From an uncultured Trueperaceae bacterium (GTDB taxonomy: Bacteria > Deinococcota > Deinococci > Deinococcales > Trueperaceae): a DNA stretch of 64,000 nt. The position numbers were made by a program, and so were the translations under genes. The stretch covers positions 768,001-832,000 of the forward strand of contig CAVSGP010000004.1 in assembly GCA_963727505.1 (NCBI GenBank), in the 5' to 3' direction. Below the pieces are notes generated by a model, which was not told the DNA's origin, did no database searches, and worked only from the letters and a program-made list of their open reading frames with translations. Below are positions 53,411 through 64,000 of this stretch, one piece after another (positions within the stretch are counted from its first letter, which is position 1; the number at the start of each line of letters is the position of its first letter).

Positions 53411-53833
53411 ATGCCCGTCTCCGTTCACCGCGTCCGCTACTACTACGCGACCGTCGAGGAGATCCCCGGCCAGACCTACGCCATCCTCTCCCAGCTGGCA
53501 GCTTGCGGTATCGACCTGCTGGCTTTCACGGCGGCGCCCGTCGGGCCCAAGCACGTGCAGTGGTCGCTCTTCCCCTCGGACATCAAGGAGTTCGAGGACG
53601 TCACGCACGACATCGGCCTGCCCGTCTCCGTGGTCCAGGACGCTCTCCTGGTGCAGGGCGACGACCGTCTGGGTGCGCTCGCCGACCTGCACGAGCGTCT
53701 CAGCCGGGCAAACGTCGAGGTCTACGCCACCAGCGGCGTGACCACCGGCAACGAGCGCTTCGGCTACGTTATCTACGTCAAGCCCGACGAGATCGACCGG
53801 GCCGCGGAGGCTCTCGGGGCGCAGGCGACCTGA
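53411..53833 (+). CDS. tandem ACT-domain-like protein
   Basis: AGGAGG SD; EEIPGQTYAILSQLA and DDRLGALADLHERLSRANVEV motifs. Confidence 0.72.
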   Translation: MPVSVHRVRYYYATVEEIPGQTYAILSQLAACGIDLLAFTAAPVGPKHVQWSLFPSDIKEFEDVTHDIGLPVSVVQDALLVQGDDRLGALADLHERLSRANVEVYATSGVTTGNERFGYVIYVKPDEIDRAAEALGAQAT

Positions 53834-53957
53834 CGCGCCATGCCTTCTACTTCTCCGGCTACTTCGGGGGCGTCGAGGTCCGTCCGGACGCCGCCAGACT
53901 CCTGCGCCCAGCGCGGCGGATTGCGCCGCAGACGCGACCTTTGGCGGGTCGGCTTCG

Positions 53958-53987
53958 TTGACAAGGCGCGCGACCAACCCGTAAACT
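53958..53987 (+). promoter_or_regulatory. sigma70-type promoter of tRNA-Ala
   Basis: TTGACA-N18-TAAACT. Confidence 0.75.
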
Positions 53988-53998
53988 ACAGGTCGCTT

Positions 53999-54075
<77 letters not shown>

Positions 54076-54089
54076 GCAACCTCGGGACA

Positions 54090-54122
54090 GGGGCGCGACC
54101 GGCATGGGTCGCGCCCCGCTCT
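54090..54122 (+). terminator. hairpin after tRNA-Ala
   Basis: GGGGCGCGACC/GGTCGCGCCCC perfect 11-bp stem. Confidence 0.6.
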
Positions 54123-54152
54123 CGTGCTGCCGGCGCGAGGAGGGGTGAGACC

Positions 54153-54566
54153 ATGAACTTCGAAGCTCGCTACGACGGGGAGGCGTGGGCGCTCGTGTTC
54201 GGACCGATCGGCTCCGAGCCCTTCGCGGCCTGGCAGCAACCGCATCACGTGTTCGTCATCGCCGCCCTGCAGGACCCCGACCGCTGGACCGAGCTGATCG
54301 GGCGGCATCCGCCGTTCGCCCCCGCCCTGGCCTACGGCTTCCGGCGCGCCCTGCTGGAGGTCTCGGGTACACGCCTGCCCTTCATGCTGGAAGCGGACGA
54401 TCCGCAACGCGCGCTCGCCGGCACGGTGTTCCTGGGCCTCGACGACGACGAGCTGGCGCGCGTGGACGCCTTCGAGCTGGCGGGCGATCACCGTCGCCGC
54501 ATCGAGCTGGAGGTAGCGGTCGGGAAACGCCGCGTCGACGCCGTCAGCTACGTCAGGCGCGGTTGA
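54153..54566 (+). CDS. gamma-glutamylcyclotransferase/AIG2-like protein
   Basis: GAGGAGG SD; GTVFLGLDDDELARVDAFE...RRIELEV motif. Confidence 0.6.
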   Translation: MNFEARYDGEAWALVFGPIGSEPFAAWQQPHHVFVIAALQDPDRWTELIGRHPPFAPALAYGFRRALLEVSGTRLPFMLEADDPQRALAGTVFLGLDDDELARVDAFELAGDHRRRIELEVAVGKRRVDAVSYVRRG

Positions 54567-54581
54567 CGACCCGCAGCCGGC

Positions 54582-55403
54582 TCAGCCGAGCGCCACGTCG
54601 AGTGCGAGCATCACCAGCACCCCCGCCATGGTGCCCAACGTCGCCGACCGCTCGCTTCCGCGGGTGTGGGTCTCCGGGATGATCTCGTCGCTGATGACAT
54701 AGAGCATCCCGCCCGCCGCGAAACCCATGGCGTAGGGCAACAGCGGCCCGATCCAGGACACCGCCCAGGCGCCGGCAACGGCGAGCGGCACCTCCACCAG
54801 CCCCGCCCGGATGCCGGTGAAGGCGGCGTACCAGAGGCTCCCCATGCCGGCGTTGCGCGCCGCCACCGACACCGCAAGTCCCTCCGGGATGTTCTGGATG
54901 CCGATGGCGAGCATCAGCGCCACCGCCTCGCTGATCGCGCCACTACCGAAGCCCACGCCCACCGCCAACCCCTCGGGCATGTTGTGCAGAGTGATGGCGA
55001 CGATGAACAGGATCACGCCGGCCGCGCTCCGGGAGCCGCCGGCGGCGGCGTCCGGGCGCACCCGGCCGGTGACCAGCACGTGAACGTGCGGGACCCAGGC
55101 GTCGGCCCGGTCGAGCATGACCACGCCCAGCACGATGCCGATGAGCACAGGCAGCAAGCCGCCCCGCTCGATGCCCGGAAGGATGAGGCTGGTGAAGCTG
55201 GCGGCGAGCATCACGCCGGCCGCGAAACCCAGCGCCGTGTCGAGCGCGCGACGAGTGGGACGGCGCCACACCAGGATCGCGAGCGCGCCCAGCAGGTTCA
55301 GGAAGGTAATCACCAGGCCGCCGGCCAATCCCTGCCAGACGGGGTTGGGCCCGGTGATGCGCACGAAGAGGTCGACCAGTTGCGACACGGCACACCCCGC
55401 CAT
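54582..55403 (-). CDS. ZIP family (GufA/ZupT-like) metal transporter
   Basis: GFAAGVML, ITLHNMPEGLAVG, QNIPEG, FAAGGMLYV and EIIPE motifs. Start is ATG 55403 or GTG 55388. Confidence 0.92.
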   Translation of the reverse strand: MAGCAVSQLVDLFVRITGPNPVWQGLAGGLVITFLNLLGALAILVWRRPTRRALDTALGFAAGVMLAASFTSLILPGIERGGLLPVLIGIVLGVVMLDRADAWVPHVHVLVTGRVRPDAAAGGSRSAAGVILFIVAITLHNMPEGLAVGVGFGSGAISEAVALMLAIGIQNIPEGLAVSVAARNAGMGSLWYAAFTGIRAGLVEVPLAVAGAWAVSWIGPLLPYAMGFAAGGMLYVISDEIIPETHTRGSERSATLGTMAGVLVMLALDVALG

Positions 55404-55466
55404 CAGGATAGACAGTTCCCGAAAGGATGGTCCGCCTTCCCACACAGACGGTAGGATTGCTCCGCT

Positions 55467-56231
55467 GTGACGATGCTCCTGGGACTCTTCCTGGCAGGAA
55501 CCACGGCCGGCGCCCTAGGCGCGCTACTGGGGCTGGGTGGCGGCATCTTCCTGGTGCCCGTGCTGACCCTGTTGTTCCACCTGCCGGTACGGGTGGCGGT
55601 CGGGACCAGCCTCGTAAGCGTCATCGCCACCTCGGCCGGGGTGGCCGCCTTCGCCTCGAAGGAGGGTGGTGCCGACGTGCCCCTGGCCCTGCGGTTGGAG
55701 GTCGCCACCGCCGCCGGCGCGGTCCTGGGTGGGGTGGTCGGCGCGTTCGTGCCGGCGCGCATCCTGAGCTTCGTCTTCGCGGCCGTGGTGTTCGGGACGG
55801 CCGGCTACACCCTCACCAAGGCTGCGAACCACGGCGAGGACGAGGCGATGTACCGGCGCGACTACCGACCGCGTCGATGGACGCTCGGCTACGCCGTCGC
55901 CAGCCTCGCCGGCATGGTGTCGGGCCTACTGGGCGTCGGCGGGGGCTTCATCAAGGTGCCCACCATGTACGCCATCATGGGCGTGCCACTGGGCGTGGCC
56001 ACCGCCACCAGCAACTTCATGGTCGGGATCACGGCAGCGGCGAGCGTCTTCGTCTACCTGGGGAGGGGCGACGTTAGGCCGCTGCTGACGGCGGCGACCG
56101 CCGGTGGAGTGTTCCTGGGCGCGGCTGTGGGCACGCTTCTGCAGGGCCGGCTGAGCGTCGCCTGGCTGCGATGGGGGCTGGTGCTGCTGATGGTGGCCAT
56201 CGGGGTGCAGATGCTGTGGAAGGGCTTCTGA
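55467..56231 (+). CDS. TauE/SafE family exporter
   Basis: GALLGLGGGIFLVP, SGLLGVGGGFIKVP and ATATSNFM motifs. Confidence 0.9.
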   Translation: MTMLLGLFLAGTTAGALGALLGLGGGIFLVPVLTLLFHLPVRVAVGTSLVSVIATSAGVAAFASKEGGADVPLALRLEVATAAGAVLGGVVGAFVPARILSFVFAAVVFGTAGYTLTKAANHGEDEAMYRRDYRPRRWTLGYAVASLAGMVSGLLGVGGGFIKVPTMYAIMGVPLGVATATSNFMVGITAAASVFVYLGRGDVRPLLTAATAGGVFLGAAVGTLLQGRLSVAWLRWGLVLLMVAIGVQMLWKGF

Positions 56232-56238
56232 GCCCGCC

Positions 56239-56571
56239 GTGGCAGCCGTGCCGAAGCGCGACCCGGCCGGTATGGACCGTGCCATGCTACGCGTCTCCCG
56301 CGCACTGTCGGCCTTCGCGCTGGCGCTGATGGCGCTCGGCGTGGTGCTGGCGCTGGTGCAAGGTGGCATCGCCGCGGACCCGTTGCGGCTCGACCTGGGG
56401 TCGCGCTCGCACCGGCTCATGCTCTTCGGGATCGGCGCACTGGCGGTGCTCCCCGGCATACGGGTGCTGGTTGCGCTGTCGTACTACACCGCCGCCCGGC
56501 GCCTGGCCGAAGCGCTGATCGCGCTGGTGGTCGTGCTGGAGTTGCTGGCGTCCATGATCACGGGCGGGTGA
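56239..56571 (+). CDS. DUF1634-like membrane protein
   Basis: Three hydrophobic segments with LPGIRV; usual partner of this TauE subfamily. Confidence 0.65.
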   Translation: MAAVPKRDPAGMDRAMLRVSRALSAFALALMALGVVLALVQGGIAADPLRLDLGSRSHRLMLFGIGALAVLPGIRVLVALSYYTAARRLAEALIALVVVLELLASMITGG

Positions 56572-56755
56572 CCGCGTCGGGGCTCCCCTCCCGGGCCGTC
56601 GTGCATACCTCCCACAGGGCTGTCGGACTTTCTCCGATGCCCTGCTCGTGAAATCCTTCCTAAGCTGAGTCAACCCCGGTAGGAGGATCACCGGGCGCGC
56701 CCAAGCCCGTCTCGGACGCGCCCAGCGGACCCATGGTCCGCGGGAGGTGGCGCTG

Positions 56756-58539
<1,784 letters not shown>

Positions 58540-58543
<4 letters not shown>

Positions 58544-59541
58544 ACGGCACCGCGAACCCCACCCGCGAGCACGGTCACGAGCTGCTGCGCGACATGTTGC
58601 GCATCCGGCGCATGGAGGAGAAGTGCGCCGAGCTCTACCAGGCCACCAAGATCCGCGGCTTCCTCCACCTCTACATCGGTGAGGAGGCCGTGGCGACGGG
58701 CGCCATGCGCGCGCTTCGACCCGAGGACGCGGTGGTGGCCACCTACCGCGAGCACGGCCATGCCCTGATCCGCGGCGTGCCTGCCGAGAAGATCCTGGCC
58801 GAGATGTACGGCAAGCAGGAGGGCTGCAGCCGCGGACGCGGCGGCTCCATGCACCTCTACGACGCAGACACCCACTTCTACGGCGGCAACGCCATCGTCG
58901 GTGGTGGCATCCCGCTGGCCGTCGGCATGGCGCTGGCGGACAAGATGCAGGGGCGTGCGCGCGTCAGCGCCTGCTTCTTCGGCGACGGCGCGGTGGCCGA
59001 GGGCGAGTTCCACGAATCGATGAACCTCGCCGCCCTGTGGCACCTGCCGGTGCTGTTCTGTTGCGAGAACAACCTCTACGGCATGGGCACCGGGATCGAA
59101 CGGGCGCAGTCCGAGACCCGCCTGGCGTTGAAGGCGGCGAGCTACCGCGTGCCGGCCTGGGACGTCGACGGCATGGACGTCCTGGCCGTCGAGGAGGCGA
59201 CCCAGCGGGCGGTCGACGCGGTGCGCGCCGGCGGCGGCCCGCACTTCCTGGAGTACCGCACCTACCGCTTCCGGGCGCACAGCATGTTCGACCCCGAGCT
59301 CTACCGCGACAAGGACGAGGTCGCCGCCTGGAAGGAGCGCGACCCCATCGCTCTGTTCCGCGAGCGCCTGCGGGCCGCCGAGCTGCTGACCGACGAGGAG
59401 GACGCCCAGCTCGAGGCCGTGGCGGCCGACGAGGTGGAGCGCGCCGTGGCGTTCGCCGAGGCGGGGACCTGGGAGCCGGTGGAGGAGCTGGAGCGCTTCG
59501 TCTACAGCGACCCCGCTCCCATGAAGGAGGTGGCATCGTGA
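58540..59541 (+). CDS. pdhA: pyruvate dehydrogenase E1 alpha
   Basis: [25 protein letters not shown]...NN and [11 protein letters not shown] motifs. Confidence 0.93.
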
Positions 59542-60569
59542 CGGTCGCAACGCCCAGCCGGCCCCCGGCCGCTCCGGAGGCCGAGCCCCGGACGACCACC
59601 TACCGCGAGGCCGTGCGGGAGGCCATCCGCGCCGCCATGCACGACGACGAGCGCGTGTTCCTGATGGGCGAGGACGTGGGCCGCTACGGCGGCTGCTACG
59701 CCGTCAGCATGGGGCTCCTGGAGGAGTTCGGCGAGGAGCGCATCCGCGACACCCCGCTCTCCGAATCGGGCTTCGTGGGCGCCGGCATCGGCGCCGCCAT
59801 GGCCGGCATGCGCCCCATCGTCGAGATCATGACGGTGAACTTCAGCCTGCTGGCGCTCGACCAGATCATGAACACTGCAGCGACCGTGCTGCACATGTCG
59901 GGCGGGCTGTTCAACGTGCCGCTGGTCATCCGCATGGCCACGGGCGGCGGGCGGCAACTCGCCGCCCAGCACTCCCACAGCCTGGAAGGGTGGTACGCCC
60001 ACATCCCCGGCATCCGGGTGCTCGCCCCCGGCACCGTGGAGGACGCCGGCGGCATGCTGGCGCCGGCGCTGGCCGACCCCGACCCCGTGCTCCTGTTCGA
60101 GAACGCCCTGCTCTACAACGACCAGGGCCCCGCACCCGACCCGGCGCGGCCGGTCGACATCGCGCACGCGCTGGTGCGCCGGCCCGGCACCGACATCAGC
60201 CTGCTCACCTACGGCGGTTCGCTCCACAAGACGCTGGAGGCCGCCGACACGCTCGAGCAGGAGGGCATCTCCGCCGAGGTCGTGGACCTGCGGGTGCTGA
60301 GGCCGCTCGATACCGACACCTTGCTCGCCTCCGTGGCGCGCACGCACCGCGTGGTCGTGGTGGACGAGGGCTGGCGCAGCGGCGGCATCGGCGCCGAGGT
60401 GCTCGCCCGCATCGCCGAACAGGGCCTCTACGACCTCGACGCGCCGCCCGAGCGGGTGTGCAGCGCCGAGGTGCCCCTCCCGTACGCCAAGCACATGGAG
60501 GAGGCCGCTCTGCCGAACGCCGCGAAGATCGTCGACGCGGCCCGGAAGGTGGTGGGCGTGCGTGGCTGA
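59538..60569 (+). CDS. pdhB: pyruvate dehydrogenase E1 beta
   Basis: MGEDVG, DTPLSE, QHSHSLE and [11 protein letters not shown] motifs. GTG follows AAGGAGGT. Confidence 0.93.
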   Translation: MTVATPSRPPAAPEAEPRTTTYREAVREAIRAAMHDDERVFLMGEDVGRYGGCYAVSMGLLEEFGEERIRDTPLSESGFVGAGIGAAMAGMRPIVEIMTVNFSLLALDQIMNTAATVLHMSGGLFNVPLVIRMATGGGRQLAAQHSHSLEGWYAHIPGIRVLAPGTVEDAGGMLAPALADPDPVLLFENALLYNDQGPAPDPARPVDIAHALVRRPGTDISLLTYGGSLHKTLEAADTLEQEGISAEVVDLRVLRPLDTDTLLASVARTHRVVVVDEGWRSGGIGAEVLARIAEQGLYDLDAPPERVCSAEVPLPYAKHMEEAALPNAAKIVDAARKVVGVRG

Positions 60570-62157
60570 GTTCACGATGCCCTCGCTCGGCGCCGATATG
60601 GACGCCGGGCGCTTGCTCGAGTGGTACGTCAAGCCCGGCGACGCCGTGAAGCGCGGCGACATCGTGGCGCTGGTCGACACCGACAAGGCCGCCATCGAGG
60701 TGGAGATCTTCGAGGACGGTGTGGTGGGCGAGCTGCTGGTGCCCCCCGGGGAGAAGGTGCCGGTAGGGACGGCGTTGGCGACCATCGTGGCGGAAGGCGA
60801 GGCTGCGGCGGGCACTTCGGCTGACATCTCGGCCGTACCCGAGGCGCCGATCGAGGCCCGGATCGCGGCCCCGACCGAGCCGCCGGTCGCTCCGGCGGCG
60901 GAGCGCACGGCGACGCCACCCGCTCCAGCACGGGCCCCAACACAGGCCCCAGCACAGGCGCCCTCGATGGCCGCCGCCGGTACCGCACCGCCTCCCGAGG
61001 GAGCGGCGACGGCGGTGGCCGAACGGCCGCCCGCGGCCGCGTCCCGCCCCCACGCCACCCCGGCGGCCCGCACCCACGCGCGCGCGCAGGGCGTGGACCT
61101 GACGGCCGTGACGGGAAGCGGCCGCCACGGCGTCATCACCTGCCAGGACGTCGAGGCCGCGGCGGCGGCACGGGAGGCACCTGCAACGTCGACCGAGGCA
61201 GCCACACCATCGCACGAGGGTCCCGAAGCGACGGGACGCGTGCGGGCCTCGCCACTCGCCCGGAAAGTGGCGCAGCGCCTGGGCGTCGACCTGGCGAGCG
61301 TCCCCGGCACCGGCCCGGGCGGCGCGATCACCTGGCAAGACGTCGAGGCGATCGGCGGTCCCCTGCCTTCCGCACCCGAACCGCGCGCCGCGAGCCGGGA
61401 AGCTCCGGTCCGCGACGTGCCAGGCGAGGGTGCCCGGCCGATCGCCCCCAGCCCGACGCCTGCACGGAAAGCCACCCCTGCGGGCGACGAGCGCTACGCG
61501 GCCATGCGGCGCGCCATCGCCGCCGCCATGTCGAAGTCGAAGCGCGAGATCCCGCACTACTACCTCGACCTCCGCATCGACATGAGCGCCGCGCTGGCCT
61601 GGCTCGAGGAAACCAACCTGGCCCGCAGCGTCACCGAACGCCTCCTTCCCGCCGCCCTGCTGCTCAAGGCCGCCGCCCTCGCCACCCGCGACGTGCCTGA
61701 GGTCAACGGCTTCTACCGCGATGACGGCTTCGAGCCGAGCGAGTCGGTCCACCTCGGCGTGGGCATCTCCCTGCGGCAGGGAGGCCTGATCGCGCCGGCC
61801 ATCCACGACGCCGACCGAAAGGACCTCGACACCCTGATGGCCGACCTGCGCGACCTCGTGAAGCGGGCACGCAGCCTGCAGCTGCGCAGCTCGGAGATGA
61901 CGGACGGCACCCTCACCGCCACCATGCTGGGGGACCAGGGGGTGGAGAGCGTCTACGGCATCATCTACCCACCCCAGGTAGCACTGGTCGGCTTCGGGCG
62001 CGTGGTCGAGCGGCCCTGGGCCGAGAACGGCATGCTCGCCGTGCGCCCCACGCTCGCGGTCACGCTGGCAGCCGACCACCGCGCCAGCGACGGCCACCGC
62101 GGCGGCCTCTACCTGAGCGCCATCGAACGCCGCCTGCTGCACCCGGAGGAGCTATGA
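60562..62157 (+). CDS. pdhC: dihydrolipoamide acyltransferase E2
   Basis: Lipoyl motif DTDKA; two peripheral-subunit-binding domains; catalytic ADHRASDG. Confidence 0.9.
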   Translation: MAEFTMPSLGADMDAGRLLEWYVKPGDAVKRGDIVALVDTDKAAIEVEIFEDGVVGELLVPPGEKVPVGTALATIVAEGEAAAGTSADISAVPEAPIEARIAAPTEPPVAPAAERTATPPAPARAPTQAPAQAPSMAAAGTAPPPEGAATAVAERPPAAASRPHATPAARTHARAQGVDLTAVTGSGRHGVITCQDVEAAAAAREAPATSTEAATPSHEGPEATGRVRASPLARKVAQRLGVDLASVPGTGPGGAITWQDVEAIGGPLPSAPEPRAASREAPVRDVPGEGARPIAPSPTPARKATPAGDERYAAMRRAIAAAMSKSKREIPHYYLDLRIDMSAALAWLEETNLARSVTERLLPAALLLKAAALATRDVPEVNGFYRDDGFEPSESVHLGVGISLRQGGLIAPAIHDADRKDLDTLMADLRDLVKRARSLQLRSSEMTDGTLTATMLGDQGVESVYGIIYPPQVALVGFGRVVERPWAENGMLAVRPTLAVTLAADHRASDGHRGGLYLSAIERRLLHPEEL

Positions 62158-62420
62158 CCATGAACGCCCCCATCGCCAGCGAGAGCGAGATTCGCACCAT
62201 CGTCCTCGAGCTGCTTTCACAGGTCGCACCCGAGAGCGACCCGAGCGCGATCGATCCGGACGCCAGCATCCAGGAGCAGCTCGACATCGACTCCATCGAC
62301 TTCCTCAACCTCATCATGAGCGTGCACGAGAGGACCGGCATCGACATCCCCGAGCGCGACTACACCAAGGTCGGGACCCTGAACGACTGCGTGCGTTACC
62401 TGACCGCCAAGGCAAGCTGA
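62154..62420 (+). CDS. acyl carrier protein
   Basis: Acidic 88 aa; LDIDSIDF phosphopantetheine motif; GIDIPERDY. Start overlaps the E2 stop. Confidence 0.88.
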   Translation: MTMNAPIASESEIRTIVLELLSQVAPESDPSAIDPDASIQEQLDIDSIDFLNLIMSVHERTGIDIPERDYTKVGTLNDCVRYLTAKAS

Positions 62421-62584
62421 GCGGCAGGTCGACGCGCCCAGGTCGGCGCCCGACCCCGGAGCGTCGAAGCGGGGCGTGGCGGAGCATCCGGTGCCCTGCC
62501 ACGCCCCGCCGTGAAGACCCGCATCGCGCACGCCCAGGTCCGGACCTCTTATGCGTGCGGGGGCAACGGAGAACGTCCCCGCGG

Positions 62585-62614
62585 TTGACGGTCACCGGTG
62601 CCAGGCATTAAACT
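62585..62614 (+). promoter_or_regulatory. sigma70-type promoter of tRNA-Lys
   Basis: TTGACG-N18-TAAACT. Confidence 0.72.
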
Positions 62615-62630
62615 ACCCGACGCTGACGCT

Positions 62631-62707
<77 letters not shown>

Positions 62708-62713
62708 CCAGAA

Positions 62714-62770
62714 GAGCCGTGAGGGACAGGCGACCGAAGGTCGCCGCCCTCGCGGCTCGCTCTTTCGTTG
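62714..62770 (+). terminator. extended hairpin after tRNA-Lys
   Basis: GAGCCGTGAGGG...GGCGACC-GAA-GGTCGCC...CCCTCGCGGCTC followed by GCTCTTTCGTT. Confidence 0.6.
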
Positions 62771-63017
62771 TGCGCTCGACACCTTGGCTGACACCTCATG
62801 GTCGCCCCACAGAGGCGAACGATGAGAGCGGCGGCGTCCACAAGACGGAAACAAGGCCACCCGACGGGCCGGCTCTCGCCGCGCAGAGCCACCTGCGGAA
62901 GGCGCACCTTCCATCGAACCCCGTGCGGTTCAGTATGCTGACGGCGTCCGACCGAGTCCCACCGACGCCACCGGACCCGGTGGACCGCGCGCCCGAGTGC
63001 GCCGGAGAGGGGACCGC

Positions 63018-63821
63018 ATGGACGCATCCCGGGCCTACGCCAACATCGACCTGGCCGCCGCCAACGAGGCCAACTTCGGCACCTTCCTGGCGCTGCAGGA
63101 GGGCATGGCCGGCGCCGAGGTGCGGCGCGACGACGGCGCCACCTGGGTGGCCAACGCCTCTCCCATGTTCTGGTTCAACATCGTCACCGGACTCCGCCGT
63201 TCGGGCGCGGCGTTGGACGCATTCATCGCCGAGGTCAAGGCCACCCACATGCGGCTCGGCACCCCCGTGATGGCCTGGCTCTCCCCCACCGCCGGGCACG
63301 CTGCGGAGGCCCTGACCGCGGCGGGCATCGGGCCGGCCGGCGAGACGCCGGCGATGGCCGCTCGCCTCGACCGGCTCGTCGCACCGGAGCCGGGCGCCGG
63401 CGTCACCGTCGAACGCGTGGCCGACGAACGCGTCCTGCGGGAGTTCGCGCGGACGATCGTGCACGGCACCGGCATGCCGGAGTACGAGGACGCCTGGTTC
63501 GCGTTCTTCCAGCGCCTCGGGCTGGCACCGGACGCGCCGGTCCAGAACGTGCTCGCGCGCGTCGACGGCGCGCCCGCCGCTGGGGCGACGGTGTCCATGT
63601 CCGACGACGTGGCCGGACTCTACGGCGTCGCCACGCTGGCGGCGTACCGGCGGCGCGGGCTCGGCGCCCTGGTGAGCAAGGCCGCCCTCGACCTTGCGCG
63701 CGACCGCGACTACACCGTGGGCATCCTGCAATCCTCGAACCTCGGTCTCGGGGTGTACCGGAAGATGGGCTTCGAGGAGACCTTTCGCTACCAGATCCAT
63801 CACTGGTCGCCTGCCGACTGA
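63018..63821 (+). CDS. GNAT family N-acetyltransferase
   Basis: AGLYGVATLAAYRRRGLG (motif A) and LQSSNLGLGVYRKMGF. Confidence 0.88.
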   Translation: MDASRAYANIDLAAANEANFGTFLALQEGMAGAEVRRDDGATWVANASPMFWFNIVTGLRRSGAALDAFIAEVKATHMRLGTPVMAWLSPTAGHAAEALTAAGIGPAGETPAMAARLDRLVAPEPGAGVTVERVADERVLREFARTIVHGTGMPEYEDAWFAFFQRLGLAPDAPVQNVLARVDGAPAAGATVSMSDDVAGLYGVATLAAYRRRGLGALVSKAALDLARDRDYTVGILQSSNLGLGVYRKMGFEETFRYQIHHWSPAD

Positions 63822-63894
63822 GCCGCGCGACTGCAGCGCAGGGCCACCTACGACAGGCGTACCCTCCATCAAGCCCAGGATGCTTCTATATCTG

Positions 63895-64000
63895 TCAACC
63901 ACCCAACACCGACTGCTGCCACGCGATCGGCACATCAGCCGGCAGCAAGTCGTACGACAACACCTCATCCAACGCGGGCCACGCCACCGCATCATGCACG
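63895..64000 (-). CDS. 3' end of an unidentified ORF (possibly a transposase), truncated by the window
   Basis: Open frame ...VHDAVAWPALDEVLSYDLLPADVPIAWQQSVLGG* with T-rich codons (GAT, TTG, GGT) unlike host genes. Confidence 0.4.
   Translation of the reverse strand, partial: VHDAVAWPALDEVLSYDLLPADVPIAWQQSVLGG

Overview
High-GC chromosomal window whose gene set and pervasive TANNNT-leaderless starts suggest a Deinococcota bacterium, probably Trueperaceae-like (inference). Most of it is housekeeping: mrpA-G antiporter operon, DsbA-like protein, YbaK, M32 carboxypeptidase, dynamin-like GTPase, pheA, carB, rnr, a GbsR-regulated Lol-like ABC operon, an IYD-like nitroreductase, polyprenyl synthase, rex, rlmN, glgC, ftsH, a PASTA protein, a TmrAB-like exporter, a DarA-type c-di-AMP receptor, two tRNAs and an acs-pdhABC-ACP cluster. 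The standout is 11.9-17.6 kb: a pilin-like gene, a PapD/DUF916-like chaperone, a two-domain minor pilin and a convergent usher-like outer-membrane protein. A c-di-GMP-II riboswitch heads the pilin operon, and its P1 strand can alternatively sequester the pilin Shine-Dalgarno (predicted translational ON switch). All four genes carry many frameshifts that I do not see elsewhere in the window. Other leads are an orphan sRNA-like unit at about 49.7 kb, a probable ATC start on the GbsR regulator, and an E3-less PDH cluster with an ACP. All family calls come from motif recognition by eye; no searches were run.
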